DNA of 14,152 nucleotides from Azolla caroliniana (Eukaryota; Plantae; Polypodiophyta): NCBI GenBank assembly GCA_043228905.1, contig JBHGNT010000894.1, positions 1 to 14,152 of the forward strand, read 5' to 3'. Shown piece by piece: positions 9,805 to 14,152 of this stretch (position 1 is its first letter; each line of letters starts with the position of its first letter). The notes under the pieces were generated by a model. It saw only the letters and a program-made list of their open reading frames with translations, ran no database searches and was not told where the DNA came from. The position numbers and the translations under genes were made by a program.

Positions 9805-9906
9805 GAGCACTGGTAGAAGACGGAAGCTTCACGATATCGAGTCTCTACAGCTCATTCCTCTTGACCTGATTGCTTCTGTCGTCTACTTTCCATTCAGCGG
9901 AACAAA

Positions 9907-11917
9907 ATGCTGGGAACCTCCCTCACCGCCTTTGCGCTCTGTCTCTCGATCATAGGCAGCGTGATCGCCCTACCAACTGATGTTGGCACTCATCTCGTCA
10001 AACTTCATCGACGCAAAGACTGGCTGAGCCCTGAATATAAATGGGTTTACCAAAATGCACTGCCCATCCCTCCGCTCAAGCAGCATATATTGTACGTATT
10101 GGCCACGCTCGTCATCGGGACTCTTGATTCCAATGTCACATTAGAACCACAACCAACCCCACGACGGGAAAGGAGATCCGATACTACGAGATTGAGATCA
10201 AGCCCTTCAGCAAGGTCGTCTATCCTGGCCGTAGAGCTGCCTCGTTCGTAGGATACGATGGCATGGCTCCTGGACCTACCATTGTTGTGCCCCGCGGTGT
10301 CGAGACCGTCGTGCGGTACGTGAATAAGGCTCTCACGGCCAGTTCTATCCATCTTCACGGTTCTCCCTCTCGGGCTCCGTGGGACGGCTGGGCAGAGGAT
10401 ACCATCGACCCAGGGCAGTACAAGGATTATTACTTCCCCAACTTCCAGGAGGCGCGCACGCTCTGGTACCATGACCATGCTATGCATCTTGTAAGTCACC
10501 TTCACCCAAGTAGAGGAGCTTTGCCCGCACGTACGCTAACAGTGCAACAAGACTGCCGAGAATGCCTACAAGGGACAGGCCGGCATGTACGTGATCGAAG
10601 ACCCTGCCGAGAATGCTCTCGGGCTCCCCAGCGGCTATGGCACCTTTGACATCCCGCTTGTCTTGACTGCGAAGCAGTACAATAATGACGGCAGCTTGAC
10701 CACGACAGAGGGCGAGGATGACAGTTTCTTTGGCGACATTATCGAAGTGGTGAGTTGTTTACACACAACAAGGACATGATACATACCAGAGTATGACTGA
10801 CACTGCCCCAGAACGGACAGCCTTGGCCTTACCTGAACGTGCAACCCCGCAAGTACCGCTTCCGCTTGGTCAACGGCTCCGTGTCTCGTTCATTCGCTCT
10901 ATACTTTGTGCAGAGTACTGCCACAAGCACCAAGATCCCATTCAAAGTCATTGCCAGTGACGCGGGCCTCCTGACGTCCCCTCAGACAGTCAACAGCATG
11001 GTAAGCACTACTCACCTCTTCTTGCGATGGCTTTTCTAACCTGGGCATTGCCCTATCAGTTCATCTCCATGGGAGAGCGCTATGAGATTGTCTTTGACTT
11101 TTCTGCTTACAAAGGCAAACAAATCGAGTTCCGCAACCTCGAGAAAGTAGGTGGCATCGGCGCTGACGACGATTATCTGCAGACCGGTAAGGTCATGCGC
11201 TTCAACGTGGCTTCCAGTGGACCAACCCAACCAGACACGTCCACAGTACCTAGCACGCTGCGCAACGTTCAGTGGCCAGCACACCCCAGCAATGCCGTAG
11301 CCCATCATTTCCGCTTCGAAAGGTCCAACAGCGACTGGCTCATCAATGGCGTGGGCTTCGCAGACGTGCAGAACCGGATCTTGGCCAATGTGCCTCGTGG
11401 CACTGTCGAGATTTGGGAGTTGGAGAACAGCTCTGGAGGCTGGACGCACCCCATCCACATCCACCTGATTGACTTCAAGGTCCTGTCGCGCACCGGCGGA
11501 CGGCAGTCGATCATGCCCTACGAGTCGGCGGGCCTTAAAGACGTTGTATATCTTGGCAAGGGCGAGACCGTCCGCGTGGAGGCGCACTATGCTCCGGTAA
11601 GCCAGTTCTATTTATGCAAGACGCCTGTGAGCTGACGGTGATATTAGTACCCTGGTGTCTACATGTTTCACTGCCACAACCTCATTCATGAGGACCAGGA
11701 CATGATGGCCGCGTTCAATGTCACGGTCCTGAATGACTACGGATACAATGCGACCTCGCTGGCAGACCCCATGCACCCCGAGTTCCGCGCCAAGCCGTTC
11801 GTCCCCAGTGATGTGTCCGGACGTACTGGTCCGTTCAGCGACACAGCGATTACTGAGCGCATTCAATTCCTGGTCGACTACAAGCCATATAGCAAGGCGG
11901 AAATCAGCCAGAGTTAG
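9907..11917 (+). CDS. Secreted bilirubin oxidase-type multicopper oxidase (CotA/BOD family), 574 aa, 6 exons (9907-10091, 10145-10490, 10552-10749, 10812-11000, 11060-11596, 11648-11917)
   Basis: Signal peptide MLGTSLTAFALCLSIIGSVIA and basic processing site HRRK before DWLSPEY. All four copper motifs are present: IHLHGS, LWYHDHAMH, GWTHPIHIHL, MFHCHNLIHEDQDMM (axial Met). Five GT-AG introns of 53, 61, 62, 59 and 51 nt keep the frame (1725 nt). Segments GYDGMAPGPT, DGWAED, TAENAYKGQAG and VNGQPWPYLNVQPRKYRFR resemble Myrothecium bilirubin oxidase. Confidence 0.96.
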
Positions 11918-12435
11918 GCGCGAGGACGGGAAAGACTGTTATAAAGTAATTGGGTTGTTTGAGGCTTGAAAAATAGGGTGGCTGCTAATAGGAAAACTAC
12001 CAATTGCGTGCTTCAGGTAGCTAAAGGCTTGTACATGCCGTAATTCTATGATATTTCAACGCGAGAACATGGGTCAATCAAGACGCTTTCACCACAGAGA
12101 CCTGAAATGCTGGTTTGATGCGGGATGAATGAGGATAGGTTGCCTACGAGAGGAGAGTCGTGCCCTGGAGCAGTCCACTACCGTGAGCCTGCTTGACTAC
12201 AACGCCATCGGCTATGTTAATATCCCAAAATCGACTTACCCAAGGGGATTGGAGTCAGTAGGGGATCCAACGTCGCCGCTGCCCAACAAGCGTCAGTGCA
12301 CACCAGGCCAATGTTCAGAGGATCATTTGTGATTAGACTTCTCTTCCGATGCCATACTTCAATTTTTTGTTTGGGATTTTATCAGAGTCAAGCCCCTGCC
12401 TTTTCGCTTTGGTCTTGCTATGCGCCCTTGTTCGG

Positions 12436-12864
12436 CTACTTTTCTTCGATCTTGGCTCGTACGGCCTCCTCCCTCTCCTTTTGCTCGTCCGTCATATTAA
12501 AGTCCTCTAACTCACTCAGCCTTCTGACCTCGACTTCCGCGTTCTGGCTGCCCCTGAATGGAATCCTCTGTGCCCAGCTCAGAGCCTCGTCACCGTCCCG
12601 AACCTTGATCACCCACCAGCCTGAAATGGTGGATTGCTCTTTGAGGTCAAACGGCCCTTGTGCAATTGAAACTTCGTCACCCCCATCGCAGAAGCCTACA
12701 CGGTAGCCCTCGGATGTTGGCCGTAGTCCCTCGCCGCTGAGGAGGATACCGGCGTCGGCCATCTCTTCATTGAACTTGCTAATGCGGCTCAAGGTATCAG
12801 CGGCAGGCTTTCCTTTGCCCTCGGTCGTGAGGGAGGCTTTGACGAGGATTGCGTAACGCGCCAT
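12436..12864 (-). CDS. YCII-related (DGPF-family) protein, 142 aa, intronless
   Basis: caccATG start. MARYAILVKA..FNEEMADAGILLSGEGLRPTSEGYRV..QGPFDLKEQSTISGWWVIKV...EALSWAQRIP..EVEVRR follows the DGPFAETKE/YCII pattern. Confidence 0.9.
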   Translation of the reverse strand: MARYAILVKASLTTEGKGKPAADTLSRISKFNEEMADAGILLSGEGLRPTSEGYRVGFCDGGDEVSIAQGPFDLKEQSTISGWWVIKVRDGDEALSWAQRIPFRGSQNAEVEVRRLSELEDFNMTDEQKEREEAVRAKIEEK

Positions 12865-13079
12865 GGTGGTGTCTGTACATGTGATTAGGCCTTGTGATTT
12901 GTTCCTGAAGCAAGTGAGTGAGCACTATATGCAAGTCTAGACGGGTAAATGGGAGTTTTTATGCCTTTGACAGACTAATCATCTGAGAGCAAGTGAGTGA
13001 TGTTGGTGTGACAATAGGTATCAAGCCACTCTGTTGCCCCCGAGCAATGTAAACCCGATGATGCGTCAACCTTGAGAAG

Positions 13080-13410
13080 AATAGGCTTTTCAAGACACTC
13101 ACGAGGCGCAGTGGCTGAGTGACCACTTCATTATGCGCCTGGACTGATCGCCCCGAGCTCGAAAAGTTTATGCGCATCCCCTTACCCCAGACTTGACAGT
13201 GTGCGTGCGGGGACGTGCCGTCGTCGAAAGTTTCCTCACGATGCGCCCGCTATGCTAGCAGTGGCAGCGTGAATTTCTGTGCGCCAAAATTCGCACGAGG
13301 ACCGGTTGCGAGCAGCACTGGCATTGGGAATCGCCCGCAAATCGCCAAGATAGCTTCTATTGGTCATGTCAGAGACAATGGAGATTCACAGCCCATTGCA
13401 ACGACGCCTG
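13080..13410 (+). mobile_element. Possible highly decayed 3' end of a non-LTR (Tad1-like LINE) ORF2
   Basis: Across shifting frames: RLFKTLTR..QCACG (CACG at 13200-13211)..VESFLT/RCARY..QREFLCAKIRTRTG..VR..RF..IAT..RL. The order resembles the C-terminal zinc-knuckle region of fungal LINE ORF2. It needs several frameshifts and the knuckle His is absent. Confidence 0.3.
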
Positions 13411-14152
13411 ATTTCAGCAGTAGAGACGTCACGGTATGAACCCTGCCCCTGAGACAAAGAGCCAGTACCACCCAGCCTATGTTGACCATATGTAAAACGC
13501 CAGCGCACTCTGTGCTCACTAAGTCTTGCGCAGGAATAACGCGTCAGAAGCATCACGAGATCGTACTGCGTGCGAATGTTCAGTACGAGATCGTCCGCCT
13601 CGGTGGCTGGCTGTGATCTGTGGTAACGACATTGCTCGAAAGAAGCCATGGCTGAATACGCGCATCAATCCTGAAAATCTTTTCTTCAAAATGCAAAACG
13701 TCGCTTGTTTGTACTGATTGCCGTTAGCATACGCCGTGACAGTCTCTCATTCTCATGTCTTGTACTTTTTTCTCGGATCATCAATCGATACTTGATCTCA
13801 AAGTATTCCCCGAGCAAATACACACGACCTTACCCAATGGAAAATACTGGATCCGTCCAGTTCTTCCCTCCCGCTCAACTCCTCCCATTACTAGAAGTTG
13901 ATCCTTCCGAGAGTTCGGACCACACGATCTCTAAAAAATGGAGGTCAATGACCTAGTCATCCACAAACACTCGTGCCTACTACTCACGCCCGTTGCTTGC
14001 GCCTATTACACTTATAAGAGCTTATTTAATTTTGAAAAGTATCAGACTAATGAGTTTTATTTCGGAGTTAGAATCCTATGCTTCGTATCGGACATAGACA
14101 TTCAGAACATACTAATACGTACTCTCCCACGCCCCTAAAAATAATAAACCCA

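Noticed and set aside
7751-9869. ORFs in the MFS-oxidase spacer, including the 214-aa ORF 7957-8601
   Set aside because: Arg/Ser/Pro/Cys-rich random-like composition, overlapping on both strands, no family motif. The 214-aa ORF merits a BLAST but is unsupported here.
10047-11866. Minus-strand ORFs over the oxidase gene
   Set aside because: Antisense shadows of GC-rich coding exons.
14115-14152. Telomere repeat or transposon TIR at the window end (tacgtactctcccacgcccctaaaa)
   Set aside because: Only a single CCCTAA, no tandem array, and no matching inverted copy seen in the window.
1-14152. tRNA, rRNA, CRISPR array or prokaryotic operon
   Set aside because: None seen; spliceosomal introns show the DNA is eukaryotic, and no regularly spaced repeats were found.

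Overview
Eukaryotic DNA from a filamentous ascomycete, probably a Sordariomycete (inferred from short 51-67 nt GT..CTRAC..YAG introns and the gene content). Hand-splicing the ORF fragments gives six gene models: (1) an uncharacterised fungal gene at 1310-2409 (+), broken by an in-frame TAG at a probable Trp codon and by a frameshift; (2) an intact, convergent, secreted 10-Cys protein gene at 2808-3513 (-) with an aerolysin/ETX-like alternating Ser/Thr beta-hairpin; (3) a cation-dependent O-methyltransferase at 4536-5285 (-) with an in-frame TAG at codon 38; (4) a divergently transcribed, intact 3-exon DHA2/ATR1-like MFS transporter at about 5861-7564 (+); (5) an intact 6-exon secreted bilirubin-oxidase-type multicopper oxidase at 9907-11917 (+); (6) an intronless YCII/DGPF-family gene at 12436-12864 (-). 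The OMT/MFS spacer carries three TGAGTCA (Gcn4/CpcA-type) sites. A possible decayed LINE 3' end lies near 13080-13410. The window looks like an accessory, partly decaying region. No database searches were run; family calls come from motif recognition. No new system is demonstrated; the best leads are the possible membrane-attack gene pair and the editable-looking TAG codons.
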